64,000 nucleotides of DNA from Leptospira sp. (GCA_034439575.1 JAWXAQ010000007.1:128001-192000), one strand, 5' to 3'. Positions 1-10,771 are shown, counted from the stretch's first letter. Notes: generated by a model not told the origin, from the sequence alone. Numbers and translations: made by a program.

Positions 1-353
1 TCATCTGATTGAAAATAAGTAATAAGCATATCAGTTCTCAAACTTGAAATATAAATTTTTTACTCAATTCTTTATCGCCGGCGATAATCTTCTAGATAAT
101 TGACCTGGTTTCTTTTGTAACAATTGTATTTGCAATTTCTACGATAGGGAATATCAGTAAAATTTATATAAAATTCAGGGAAATTTTCATACCGAAAATA
201 TCCATCTTTGAATGATTCAGAACATCTACGTAAGCCACATCGTTCTCCAACCATCTCATATGACCCATTTAGAACCGTTCGTTCCCTATTCGTAGAGATG
301 CATTGGATTGAAAAAAGAATCTGGCAAAGAATGAAAATTTTTAGTAGAGACAT
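1..353 (-). pseudogene. Probable decayed secreted protein/lipoprotein gene, running off the window start
   Basis: ORF 72..353 starts with a signal-like segment (MSLLKIFILCQILFSIQC). Protein-like text continues in other frames (FPIVEIANTIVTKETRSII*KIIAGDKELSK, then KIYISSLRTDMLITYFQSD to base 1), suggesting frameshifts and an internal stop. Confidence 0.4.
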
Positions 354-429
354 CGAACAATTGTTAGATAACGAATAATTATCTTACAATTATACTGAAA
401 TTACATTCTACAGCAATAGGTGAAACCCA

Positions 430-831
430 CTAAATGTGGATATCCACTAACACTCCTTCGATTTCTAAATCCAATGCCTTGATCGACAAAAGTATTTCCC
501 AAAAAGACAAAAATAAAGAGCCTATCATAAGCACTAATGCAATTCCAAAAAAATAATAAGCAAGTATTGTGTGAAACATGATACTTCCTAGGGACGTGAT
601 ACAAAAAATTAAACTCAATATTCCTAAGCTTTGTGTATGTTGAATTAAGGCAATGCGGTACCTAAGTGATTTAATTTGTTCCAAGATTACCGATTCTTTC
701 GTTTCTTTGTATTTATCTAATAATTTCCTTAAAAGAGATGCTAATCCGAGAAAGCGATTAGTATAAGCTAACATAAGTAATGAGATTGCGGGAAATAATA
801 GCCCTGGTGTACTGTAGCTGAGTGGTTCCAT
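430..831 (-). CDS. DUF2721-family small membrane protein
   Basis: 133 aa. N-terminal TPGLLFPAISLLMLAYTNRFL motif typical of DUF2721; three hydrophobic segments. Confidence 0.8.
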   Translation of the reverse strand: MEPLSYSTPGLLFPAISLLMLAYTNRFLGLASLLRKLLDKYKETKESVILEQIKSLRYRIALIQHTQSLGILSLIFCITSLGSIMFHTILAYYFFGIALVLMIGSLFLSFWEILLSIKALDLEIEGVLVDIHI

Positions 832-921
832 TTACATCATTCACTAACAGTCCAATTCTTAATAAAAGGATTTTTTTCTTGCATTGAAGATTTAATATAT
901 AATCATTATCTTTGCTTCCCA

Positions 922-2736
922 ATGGATTTAGAAAATAGAATCACAGTCGACCTATGGGAAAAAATTTTTCAATTCAGCCCAATTGGTGTCACACTATCTT
1001 CTTTAGAAACAGGTAGATATTTAGAAGTTAACGATTTATTCCTCAAATGGATAGGGAAAGATTCCCTTTCAGTCATTGGAAAAACTCCATTAGAACTTAA
1101 TGTTTATGGAAATTTAAAAGACCGAGAAATTATCTTAGAAGGTTTGCGAACAGATGGTCAAATCACAAACCTTGAAGTAGAATTTAATTCCGAAGTTGGC
1201 AAACGAATCATTTTATTCAATGCACGCATTCTCGAAGAAGGTAAGTATCTTTTAGCAATTGGACAAGACATTGCTGATTTAAAATTGAAAGAGTCAAGCA
1301 ACTTAAAGTTGCAAGAAGAGCTCAGATTAAATAAAGAACTCTTTGAAAATATTTTTAGATTAAATCCTGCGGCTGTTAGTTTATCAGAAATGAGCACTGG
1401 AAAATATGATGATGTCAATGACGCCTATTGTCAATTAGTTGGTTATTCAAGAGAAGAAATTATTGGAAATACTTCACATAACCTAAATATCTGGATCACT
1501 AAATTTGATAGAGCATTATTGTTAGCTGAAGTTGTCAAAAAAGGCTGGATTACTGGGATGGAAGCAAGTCTTCGTAAAAAATCTGGGGAAATTCGTCACG
1601 TTGTCACGGGTAATGCAATTTTCCAAGTCGGAGGTTCTCCGAAACTACTTGCTATCTTAATAGATATCACTGATTCAAAAAATAATAAAGATGCTCTCGA
1701 AGTAGCAGTTGAAAAAAGAACCAAAGAATTAAACGAAACTCTTGAAAATTTAAAAAAAATGCAAGAACAATTAATTTCTTCAGAAAAAATGGCAGCCTTG
1801 GGACAGTTAGTTGCAGGTGTCGCACATGAGATTAATAATCCTATCGCTGCAATTTCTGCTTTAAGCCAATCCATACAGTCAAAGAATAAAAACTTTGGAC
1901 AAAGTTTATTAAAAATTCATAAAATACTAAATAGATATCCTGAAGAAAAATTAGACCAACTCATCCAAATCATAGATCAACTTCTAAATGCTAAACCAAT
2001 ATTATACAATTTTCAGGAAACCAGAAAGTTGAAAAAAGAATTAGATCAATTATTTTCCAATCATAACTTCAAAAATTCTTTTCACTGGGCAGATCAAACA
2101 GTGGATTTGGGATTAGTGCAAATCGTTTCAAAACACTTACCGTTTTTTGATGGAAATGAAGATGAAGATATTTTAAAAATAGTTTTTGATGAAATACAAA
2201 GTTACAGAAATCAAGATCTTATTCGCCAAGCAGTAGAAAGAACATCAAAAATCGTATATAGTCTGCAAAATTATACTCACTTAGATCAATCCAATAAAAA
2301 GGTAGACACAGATATTATCGAAACCATTGAAACTGTTCTTACATTATACCAAAGCAAACTTCGAATGGGTGTAGAATGCAAATTGGAATATAGTTCTAAA
2401 CCTATCATTCAAGCTTATCCTGATGAATTAATTCAAGTATGGACAAACCTAATCTATAACAGTTTGCAGGCGATGAATTTTAAAGGATTTATATTAATTT
2501 CTGTTTTATCTGATAATGAATCGGTTTCTGTTTCAATAATAGATTCAGGCACAGGCATTCCCGAATCTATTATGGATAAAATCTTTGATCCATTTTTCAC
2601 TACCAAAGCTTATGGTGAAGGATCTGGATTAGGATTAGGGATAGTTAGGCGTTGTGTAGTAGATAAACACCAAGGCAAAATAGATGTTACGTCTGTTCCA
2701 GGCAGGACTGAATTTAAAGTAACATTACCGATATAA
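922..2736 (+). CDS. Cytoplasmic PAS-PAS sensor histidine kinase (orphan)
   Basis: Two PAS-like repeats, H-box VAHEINNP, N-box NLIYNS, G1 DSGTGI, F-box FDPFFTTK, G2 GSGLGL; no TM segment. Confidence 0.92.
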   Translation: MDLENRITVDLWEKIFQFSPIGVTLSSLETGRYLEVNDLFLKWIGKDSLSVIGKTPLELNVYGNLKDREIILEGLRTDGQITNLEVEFNSEVGKRIILFNARILEEGKYLLAIGQDIADLKLKESSNLKLQEELRLNKELFENIFRLNPAAVSLSEMSTGKYDDVNDAYCQLVGYSREEIIGNTSHNLNIWITKFDRALLLAEVVKKGWITGMEASLRKKSGEIRHVVTGNAIFQVGGSPKLLAILIDITDSKNNKDALEVAVEKRTKELNETLENLKKMQEQLISSEKMAALGQLVAGVAHEINNPIAAISALSQSIQSKNKNFGQSLLKIHKILNRYPEEKLDQLIQIIDQLLNAKPILYNFQETRKLKKELDQLFSNHNFKNSFHWADQTVDLGLVQIVSKHLPFFDGNEDEDILKIVFDEIQSYRNQDLIRQAVERTSKIVYSLQNYTHLDQSNKKVDTDIIETIETVLTLYQSKLRMGVECKLEYSSKPIIQAYPDELIQVWTNLIYNSLQAMNFKGFILISVLSDNESVSVSIIDSGTGIPESIMDKIFDPFFTTKAYGEGSGLGLGIVRRCVVDKHQGKIDVTSVPGRTEFKVTLPI

Positions 2737-2831
2737 TCAAAATGAATATTACTTAAAATTTACTATCACCTTCGGCATTGTCTTTGTTGTTTGCGCTAGA
2801 ACATTGATTCGATTTTATCTTAATATATTTG

Positions 2832-3260
2832 TTAAATTTTCCCATACGTTGATTCTAAGAATTGAATGGTTGCCTTTATCATTTTTTTTAACGCGGCCTG
2901 ATTGATATCAGAAAGTTTATTGATATAGATACAGGCTTTTCCCAATTTAAATTTTCCAAGATCCTTTAACAAGTATTCGTGTTCTTTTTTACCTGTGTAA
3001 ACATACAATGATATGGCGGCCTTTCGAGGTGAAAAACCTACCAATGGCCAATCTCCTTCTTGTTTGCTTCGATCCGATTTATAATGATATTTTCCAAATC
3101 CTATAATCGTTGGTCCCCACATCTTTGCTTTGTGACCTGTGGATTTTTCCATTAGTTGGAGAATCTCCAAGCTATCTTTTCGTTTCTGATCAGTATTAGC
3201 GAAGGAATCTATAAACTTTAGTACATCTTCATTTGTTTGTTTAGTTTTGATATCTGCCAT
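2832..3260 (-). CDS. DUF1801 (YdhG-like) domain protein
   Basis: KMWGPTIIGFGKYHY and GFSPRKAAISLY motifs; LGKFKLGKACIYI. Confidence 0.85.
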   Translation of the reverse strand: MADIKTKQTNEDVLKFIDSFANTDQKRKDSLEILQLMEKSTGHKAKMWGPTIIGFGKYHYKSDRSKQEGDWPLVGFSPRKAAISLYVYTGKKEHEYLLKDLGKFKLGKACIYINKLSDINQAALKKMIKATIQFLESTYGKI

Positions 3261-3450
3261 AAATTTTTACCTTACTAGTAAGTTTTTCTTTAGATAAATG
3301 TTCTGTTTAGATTTTATTGGAGTCAATAAAATATATGATTTTGAAAGGAACTTATCTAACATGTTGTATATGTTGGCTTTTTCCAATTTTTGATTGATCT
3401 AGATATAAATTTATTGATAATATTATCATTCTAATTTGAATACATTCTAT

Positions 3451-5211
3451 ATGGGAAAAAAAATATTTAAAATATTTCACCAAATTATGGTTATAGCATC
3501 TTTTTCCTGTATCCAATATTGCTATTTTAATCCTTTCTGGTCTGAAGTATTGAAGGTCGAGCCCAATGGTGGTCTCCCAAATTATTTACTTTTTCTTTCT
3601 CCCGTTCAAAACAATCAGAGCAATGAATCCAACGCTAACACTGTTACATCTGCCCCTCAGTCTATACGATTTTCAAAACCTCAAATAAAATTGATTCCGG
3701 GTGTCTCAATTAATTATGTTCCTTCAGTTGAGGGAAAAGTTGATTCTTGGAGTTTAAGTCCGACTCTCCCTACGGGACTAGATTTCAGTTCAACTAACGG
3801 AGCAATTTCAGGCACGCCAGATTCCTCTTATCTGACCACGGGTTATCCATTAACAACTTTCACAATAACGGCAACAAACTCACTTGGATCTACTCCTGCT
3901 ACATTTGAATTACAGGTTTTAGCTACTGGTGAAAAAGTATGGACAGTCATCAACGGAGTTAGTGGGGGAAATACGGAAGCCGGTACAAATAGTATGAAAT
4001 TTGATGCATCTTGCAATTGTTTGTATATTGCCGGACAAACAACTGTAAACCTAGATGGACAGACTATACCCAGCACTGGTGGAAATGCATCTGGTTATCT
4101 GAGTAAGTATGATTTAGATGGGAATCGAATTTGGACGAGATTATTTGGGGTTACTGGGGCCTCTGGATCAGGAGTAACTGGACTCGTAACTGATGCTTCT
4201 GGCAATATATTTATCAGTGGATTTATGGGCACAGGTAACTTCCAAGGTTGCAATGTAACAAATACTTATTCTGGTTTTATTTTAAAATACAATTCCGAAG
4301 GTACTTTCCAGTGGACAACTTGTACTGACCCCGCTGTTAGACATTATTATAGTGGTGTTGTAATAGACAGTGCTGGTGATGTCGTCGGTGGCGGAACTAC
4401 ATATGACCAACCTATCAGCGGTATGACGCATTCCAGTGGCTCAGACCAAGCAGCAATCATACAAAAATTCAATCCCAACACTGGTGCAAGAATCTCGGGA
4501 ATCGCAATACCGGGAAATTCTGCCAGAGGAACAGATGGAGAAGGTATATCTATAGATACAACTGGTAAAATATATATGGCTGTCGCCACGAGATCAGGCT
4601 CCTATTGTGGAGATGGATCTCTCAATTGGAGGCCAGCTCTTTTTCGATTTGATTCCAGCATGAATTACTTGGGATGTACTTTTATACCAACTGGTGCCTA
4701 TACATCATTTGCTTTTGGAGTCACAACTACACCAGCTGGAGAATCTTATCTTTCAGGATACGCAAATACAGCAGCCACTTTTGACTCAATTCCTGCTATC
4801 GGGACCACAGATGGGTTTGTGACTAAATTTAACAGTGCCGGAACAAAGGTTTGGACAAGACGATTTGGTGTTACAGGCGGGTTTACATCCATTCTTTCTG
4901 TCGAATATGAATCCACTCTAGACACACTTTATTTTACAGGAATTACCGGTGGAAATATTCAAGGGAATGTGATCAGCGGAACGAAAGATATGTTCATCGC
5001 AAAGTATGATACCTCAGGAAATCAAATTTGGCTAAGAATTCAAGGGTTACAAAATGATACAGCTGGAGCTAGTTTATCTGATAGAACATCAATTGCATTT
5101 GATACGAGCATGACTATGTATTCATTTAGCAATACTAATGGCACTGTAAGCGGGGTCACAAATCCTGCCTCACCAAACAGATCTTTATTTTTAGTTCGCA
5201 ACGTTCGATAA
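3451..5211 (+). CDS. Surface lipoprotein with He_PIG (Ig-like) domain and SBBP-like beta-propeller repeats
   Basis: ATG at 3451 (track starts at TTG 3436). Signal peptide ending in C-YFNP; He_PIG signature LPTGLDFSSTNGAISGTP...FTITATNSLG; repeated SKYDLDGNRIWTR / KYNSEGTFQWT / KFNSAGTKVWTR / KYDTSGNQIWLR blades. Confidence 0.85.
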   Translation: MGKKIFKIFHQIMVIASFSCIQYCYFNPFWSEVLKVEPNGGLPNYLLFLSPVQNNQSNESNANTVTSAPQSIRFSKPQIKLIPGVSINYVPSVEGKVDSWSLSPTLPTGLDFSSTNGAISGTPDSSYLTTGYPLTTFTITATNSLGSTPATFELQVLATGEKVWTVINGVSGGNTEAGTNSMKFDASCNCLYIAGQTTVNLDGQTIPSTGGNASGYLSKYDLDGNRIWTRLFGVTGASGSGVTGLVTDASGNIFISGFMGTGNFQGCNVTNTYSGFILKYNSEGTFQWTTCTDPAVRHYYSGVVIDSAGDVVGGGTTYDQPISGMTHSSGSDQAAIIQKFNPNTGARISGIAIPGNSARGTDGEGISIDTTGKIYMAVATRSGSYCGDGSLNWRPALFRFDSSMNYLGCTFIPTGAYTSFAFGVTTTPAGESYLSGYANTAATFDSIPAIGTTDGFVTKFNSAGTKVWTRRFGVTGGFTSILSVEYESTLDTLYFTGITGGNIQGNVISGTKDMFIAKYDTSGNQIWLRIQGLQNDTAGASLSDRTSIAFDTSMTMYSFSNTNGTVSGVTNPASPNRSLFLVRNVR

Positions 5212-5439
5212 TTTATTATCTCCGATTAAGAATTAGTTTTGAAACCGACGTCTCATTTGAGTTTTTATTTACATGTAAAAATCAAATCTCGAGAGAGAAC
5301 ATTTTACTTAAATAATTCACTATAACTGATGTTCTACTTGAAATTTTTTTTATTAATAAATAATTGAGTAACTTATTAATGGATAAAATCAAATTCTCAT
5401 ACTTGGCAAAAAAAAAGTTATTTTAATAGGCAGGAACAT

Positions 5440-6641
5440 AATTAAAAAATTTCATTTCGTATATTTCTGATTATTTTCATTTTTATATTTAACACATGTT
5501 TGCTTAATCCAATGATAAATAATCTTTTCTAGCCCGATAAAAATAAATCAAATTTCAATGTATTTGCCATTTTTTTAATTAGTTCTTTAAATTAATTCTT
5601 CTAATTCAGCCACACCCACTCATCGTTTAACTTTTACTTCATCTTCGTTCGTTTTTATTAAAGGAGGATCTATTGATACTCATACTCCAAATTCGCCAGA
5701 CACTCTAACTGGATGTACATCAAATCCTAGTTTACCAGCAGGGCTAACGATTAATTATTCATCATGTGAAAATAGTCGCACCCGTACAACGATTCAATTT
5801 GCGACAGATTATATAATTAGAGGATTAAACTCATATAGATTTAATTCAACGTCCAACAGAACAGCTAATACATATATCAATTGTTTAACTCAAGTTGAAT
5901 CTTAAGGCTAAGGTCCTTATTCAATTCAAATTCGTTACTATGAAGTTGTGCTGATCACACTTAGAACAAATTTTCGAAGTCCGTATTCGTGTGCTTTTGT
6001 CAATAAGCAATACAAAGTTTCCTGCTTCAGGTTCTTTCACAAATATAATGGATGGCTCGACTCGCATGTCTGTCAAATATTCGGCAACAACTTCAGTTTT
6101 GGAATGGCAATGGTTTTCTTTAGGAAGTATGGTCGGCATCACCGGAACAAATGAAAGTTATCGATTACCCCTTGTGACCACCGAAGACTTATTATTTAAT
6201 TCTGAGTTGCACCTTTCATATTCGAAATATGATAATTCATTAAAATTAATTGGTTTTTAAACACCATCAACCGGGAATTATAGCAAAACATGCATTATTT
6301 CAAATTTAACTGAGATTACATTTTATTATGTGACATCAATGGTAATTAACATTAATATTTCTTATTATCATAAATATCTAATATGTTTTACATCAAACAA
6401 TGCTCATGGTTTTACGGCAGGAGATGTCGGATGTATCTATGGCCTAAACTTAAATGGCTCTGCTCCGATTGCTGAAACAATTTCAGATAAAGATTCAAGA
6501 ATTTTAAGGAGACCATTTAGTATAGTAAAAATAGATAACATACCCGCAGGTACAATTCCAATCACGATTCTGTAACAATACAAAGCATCAACAAACTGCC
6601 ATGTCGATAATGCAGTTATTACAGTCATTCCACTTGAGTGA
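5440..6641 (+). pseudogene. Decayed He_PIG-domain lipoprotein gene, similar N-terminal layout to 3451..5211
   Basis: Signal/lipobox RIFLIIFIFIFNT-CLLNPMINNLF then TAG at 5530. He_PIG remnant GCTSNPSLPAGLTIN...ATDYIIRG (~5710-5825). Track ORFs 5991..6260 and 6330..6575 share one frame, broken by TAA at 6258 and 6573, ending at TGA 6641. Confidence 0.75.
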
Positions 6642-6719
6642 AAGTCGGGAAAAGATTAAATATAATTGTACTCAGTCGCGATTTTAATTTCGAAAATTCC
6701 TTAAATTTCTCTGATAATT

Positions 6720-7160
6720 TCAGCTATCCCAAGAATAATAATTGTGATCATTATCCAATTCAAATCCAACTTTAGGATATAACTGATTTCCAATTTTATT
6801 TTTCTTTGCTGTTTCGAGAATCAGTCCACAGGCATCTGTGTCCAAACAAAGTGACTTAGCTTTTTCAATCAATTGGATGGATATTCCTTTTCCTCTATAT
6901 TTTTCTGAAACAAATAAATCATTTAAAAGCCAAAGTCGTCTCATGCGAGTGGAGGAAAAAAGTGGATATAATTGAACAAAACCATTCATAACCGAATCTT
7001 CATTTTCACTGATATAAATCACTGATTCATTTTTTGTGATTCTATCAGTCAAAAAAACTTTCGCCTGTTCTATATCAGAAGGTTTTTCATAAAATACTCG
7101 GTAGGCGTTAAAAAGTAAGGATAAATTTTCTATATCGGATAATTTTACAGCACGAATCAT
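6720..7160 (-). CDS. GNAT-family N-acetyltransferase
   Basis: WLLNDLFVSEKYRGKGI acetyl-CoA motif A; N-x6-LY-x2-GF motif B. Confidence 0.92.
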   Translation of the reverse strand: MIRAVKLSDIENLSLLFNAYRVFYEKPSDIEQAKVFLTDRITKNESVIYISENEDSVMNGFVQLYPLFSSTRMRRLWLLNDLFVSEKYRGKGISIQLIEKAKSLCLDTDACGLILETAKKNKIGNQLYPKVGFELDNDHNYYSWDS

Positions 7161-7294
7161 AATTGCAATATTTAATATGCTAATTGATTTGAATATATAT
7201 TTTATTAATACGCGAGGATTTTTATAAATTCAGTTTTTATATGCTATGCGATAATACGCACCCAAAATTAAATTTATACAAAATTTCCCATAAC

Positions 7295-8044
7295 TCATGT
7301 TCGATCAAATAATTTGGATAAGTATTCTTCAAGATTTATTCTAATTGGCATCAGATAAATATTCAGTTCATTGCTTGCACAATAATTAATCACATCCTTA
7401 GCATAACTTACATTCCAGTCTATTGTCGGATTAAAACCTTTTGGAAAGTAGGCCCTATTTCTTGATTCCCAATAGCTTTGAGATTTATCAGAAATCACTG
7501 GACTAATGCCAATATATACTTCCATTCCTCTAAGTTTTTCAGTAAATATATCTATAAGTCTTAAGTCAAAAAATGGTTGAGTTAAAAATCCATCAGCACC
7601 AGCATCCTTCTTCATTTCGATATAATCAAATTCATCTTTAATCCCAACTCGATATTGATCAATTGCAGCATAAACTTTCAAAGAGCTTATTTCTTTTTTG
7701 AGTTTTTTAATCAATTTAATTGAAGTTGTTGGATATACCTTATTTGACATATCTGTTGGCGGATCTCCTTTAATCACAACAACAGATGTTATTTTATTTT
7801 CACGAAGGTAATTTATAATGTGACTGCAATTCTCAATATCAAAATCAATTGCACGTATATGTGGAATAACATTTGGAAAAATATCTTTTATCAAAGTTGC
7901 TGCGACCCAGCTTCTTGTTTCGAATCTTAATAAGTCAGGTATATTTATACCAAAAATTTGATTAAAATTTTTTTTTACATAACTAACTTCAGATAAAAGT
8001 GATTTGACTTCTCTTGGTATGATTTCAAGTAATATCTTGTTCAT
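7295..8044 (-). CDS. metF: Methylenetetrahydrofolate reductase, compact form
   Basis: EIIP, INIPD, IPHIRAID, VIKGDPP, KKDAGADGFLTQPFFD: MTHFR FAD-barrel motifs. Confidence 0.85.
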   Translation of the reverse strand: MNKILLEIIPREVKSLLSEVSYVKKNFNQIFGINIPDLLRFETRSWVAATLIKDIFPNVIPHIRAIDFDIENCSHIINYLRENKITSVVVIKGDPPTDMSNKVYPTTSIKLIKKLKKEISSLKVYAAIDQYRVGIKDEFDYIEMKKDAGADGFLTQPFFDLRLIDIFTEKLRGMEVYIGISPVISDKSQSYWESRNRAYFPKGFNPTIDWNVSYAKDVINYCASNELNIYLMPIRINLEEYLSKLFDRT

Positions 8045-8446
8045 AATAAATACATAACTTCTTTGTTTAATTTATAATGGCAACTTAAAGTTTAATTACC
8101 GATGTTCTAAATCACAAACCAAATCCTCATCGACGATTCTTACCTTACGGCAAACTTAGTTTCCATCGGAAGCTTAGCCATGGATAATGTAGCGCTGCCT
8201 TTTTAGAAGATAGCTAGATCAGGAAATTAAGAATAAATTTATCATTTAACAAATCCGAGGTGCCCATGTATTCAAAAATAATTGCATAAAAATTTGTAAG
8301 AACTCAAAATTATAATTCGTCGCGATTATTAGCATATTGCTTAAATTTTCATAACTATTGAAAGACTTTTAAGTAACTTAAATTTAAAAAATTTATTGAA
8401 TAAAGGATCCATTGATGAATACTTCTGCTGATGAAAATAATAATTT

Positions 8447-10576
8447 ATGATTAAAACTAATTTTGATATTCTTTGGATTATTTTTTCAAGTGGGCTAGTT
8501 TTCTTTATGCAAGCAGGCTTTCTCTGTTTAGAGTCTGGCCTAACAAGAACCAAAAATTCCATCAATGTAGCCATCAAAAATATCACGGACTTCGGGATTG
8601 CCACTGCCGTTTTTTATACACTTGGTTTTGGTATCATGTATGGCGAAAGTTTTTATGGTTTCTTTGGAACAAATTCATTTTTACCTAACTTCGGAATTGT
8701 TTCGCCTGAAATTCCTGTTTTTTTTATTTTTCAATTAATGTTTTGCGGAACAGCGGCAACTATAGTATCAGGAGCTGTCGCCGAACGGATGAAATTCGGT
8801 GCTTATATTATAGTAACGATTATTATATCCGCTTTGATTTATCCACTATTTGGCCACTGGGCTTGGGGGAAAAATTTATCATCTTGGAATATAGCCACGG
8901 GTTGGCTCGCAAAACTTGGATTTATTGATTTTGCAGGATCTACTGTTGTGCATAGTTTAGGTGGATGGGTTGGCCTAGTCGCGATGTCAATTATTGGGCC
9001 AAGGGAAGGAAAGTATTCGGCCTCAGGTGAAATTAGAAATATAACAGGACACAGTTTACCTATTGCCATGCTTGGAACATTGATTCTATGGTTTGGTTGG
9101 ATAGGATTTAATGGTGGTAGCACTTTAGCGTTCTCAGGAAAAGTTCCGGGAATTATCGCAAATACTATGTTGTCTGCTGCAGGTGGATTGGGCGCTGCAT
9201 TAATATACGGATGGAAACGATTAGGTTATGCAGAAGCGACCCTACCATTGAACGGGGCATTGGCTGGTCTTGTTTCAATCACGGCATCTTGTCATGCTGT
9301 AACTTCAGCGCAAGCTTTACTAATTGGAATCGTTGGTGGGATTCTAATGTTTGAGACTCGTCCCCTATTAGATAAATTCAAGATGGATGATGCAGTCGGT
9401 GCCATTCCCGTTCATTTAACAGGTGGAATATGGGGTACTCTCGCCGTCGGTCTTTTTGGAAACTTAACAACTTTAGGAACAGGACTTTCACGTGTTGATC
9501 AAATTTTAATACAACTTACAGGAATCGTATGTTGTAGTTTAAATGCATTGTTCATTAGTTATTTGTTATTGAAATTGATTAATCATTACTATCCGCTTCG
9601 CGTATCATCGCAAGACGAATATGAAGGGCTCAATTTTACTGAACATAGAGCAACGACAGAACTTACTGATTTATTTCTGGAAATGGAATACCAAAAAAGA
9701 ACTGGGGATCTCAGTAAAGATATTTCTGTCGAACCATTTACCGAAGTTGGCCAAATTGCTGAAAGATACAATTTGGTTTTAAAAAAAATAAGAATCGGTA
9801 TCGAAGAAAGGGATCAGCTAACAAAGGATTTACAAAAAAATTTGAGTCTAATTCAGTCTGATCTTTTAACAGCCAAAAAGATTCAAAAGTCAATCATTGC
9901 AGAAAATGATAAAAAAATTCAAGGGTTAAATATTAATGCTCGCTATCTTCCGCTAACAGAAGTAGGTGGAGATTTTTATGATATTTCTGAAGTGAAACCT
10001 GGTGTAACAAGAATATTCCTTGCGGATACGACAGGTCACGGAGTCCAGGCCGCCCTAATGACAATGGCGATCAAAACATTATATGAATCATTAAAGAGGA
10101 AATCATTCTCCGTCGCAGAAATACTCTATTATTTAAATAATGAATTTTTAGATTTTTTTGGAACTTTAAACCAATTCTTAACCTGTATCATTATAGAAAT
10201 AGATATAAATAAAAACCAAATTTTATATTCATCTGCCGGCCATATACCTCAATATTTAGTTGCCGATGGAAAGTTGATTCGATTAGAAAAAACTGGTCGC
10301 TTGTTAGGTGTCAAAAAGAATGCAGAACATGAAAGTAAAATTCTGCCCTTCGCTGGAAATTCTAAGTTATTTTTATTCACAGATGGAATTTCAGAATCTT
10401 GGAATCATGAAAAAATCGAATATGGAGACGAAAGAATTGAAATGATTCTTTCAGATTCTAACAATGCACACGTTTCCGAAACAATAAATCGTTTGTTAGA
10501 TGATCAAAAATTATTTTTAGCAGGCGAAAAGGTAGAAGATGATATTACGATCATCGGCATAGAAAAAGAAAATTAG
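8447..10576 (+). CDS. amt: Ammonium transporter (Amt) fused to a C-terminal SpoIIE/PP2C phosphatase domain
   Basis: Amt motifs FFMQAGF, FQLMFCGTAATIVSGAVAER, DFAGSTVVH, WFGWIGFNGGS, DDAVGAIPVH. Coiled linker, then PP2C motifs VGGDFYD, ADTTGHG, FTDGISE, DDITII. Confidence 0.93.
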   Translation: MIKTNFDILWIIFSSGLVFFMQAGFLCLESGLTRTKNSINVAIKNITDFGIATAVFYTLGFGIMYGESFYGFFGTNSFLPNFGIVSPEIPVFFIFQLMFCGTAATIVSGAVAERMKFGAYIIVTIIISALIYPLFGHWAWGKNLSSWNIATGWLAKLGFIDFAGSTVVHSLGGWVGLVAMSIIGPREGKYSASGEIRNITGHSLPIAMLGTLILWFGWIGFNGGSTLAFSGKVPGIIANTMLSAAGGLGAALIYGWKRLGYAEATLPLNGALAGLVSITASCHAVTSAQALLIGIVGGILMFETRPLLDKFKMDDAVGAIPVHLTGGIWGTLAVGLFGNLTTLGTGLSRVDQILIQLTGIVCCSLNALFISYLLLKLINHYYPLRVSSQDEYEGLNFTEHRATTELTDLFLEMEYQKRTGDLSKDISVEPFTEVGQIAERYNLVLKKIRIGIEERDQLTKDLQKNLSLIQSDLLTAKKIQKSIIAENDKKIQGLNINARYLPLTEVGGDFYDISEVKPGVTRIFLADTTGHGVQAALMTMAIKTLYESLKRKSFSVAEILYYLNNEFLDFFGTLNQFLTCIIIEIDINKNQILYSSAGHIPQYLVADGKLIRLEKTGRLLGVKKNAEHESKILPFAGNSKLFLFTDGISESWNHEKIEYGDERIEMILSDSNNAHVSETINRLLDDQKLFLAGEKVEDDITIIGIEKEN

Positions 10577-10701
10577 TATATTATGATTCAATAGATTTTA
10601 ATTCAAAAAAGCATTCATGCGTATTTCAATTTATGATCTGGAAACAATTCTTAGTCGAAACTTAAGAAGAATATTAATTTTGGGAGAGTATGATAGAATT
10701 T

Positions 10702-10731
10702 GTTCGGATCACATACATTCGCGATCCGAAC
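10702..10731. terminator. Hairpin between convergent amt and EF-hand genes
   Basis: GTTCGGATC-N12-GATCCGAAC perfect 9-bp stem; no strong U-tract. Confidence 0.45.
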
Positions 10732-10771
10732 TGAGAAATTACTTACGCCTAATCGTATTTAAGCGCTAATT

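Noticed and set aside
7161-7185. Imperfect palindrome upstream of the GNAT gene, sharing ATTAGCATATT with the amt upstream region
   Set aside because: Very AT-rich and imperfect; plausible by chance at this base composition.
8095-8270. SAM-I, SAM-II, SAH, cobalamin or c-di-GMP riboswitch upstream of metF; sigma54 promoter for amt
   Set aside because: No diagnostic consensus could be matched by eye, and no correctly spaced GG-N10-GC; kept only as an unclassified candidate.
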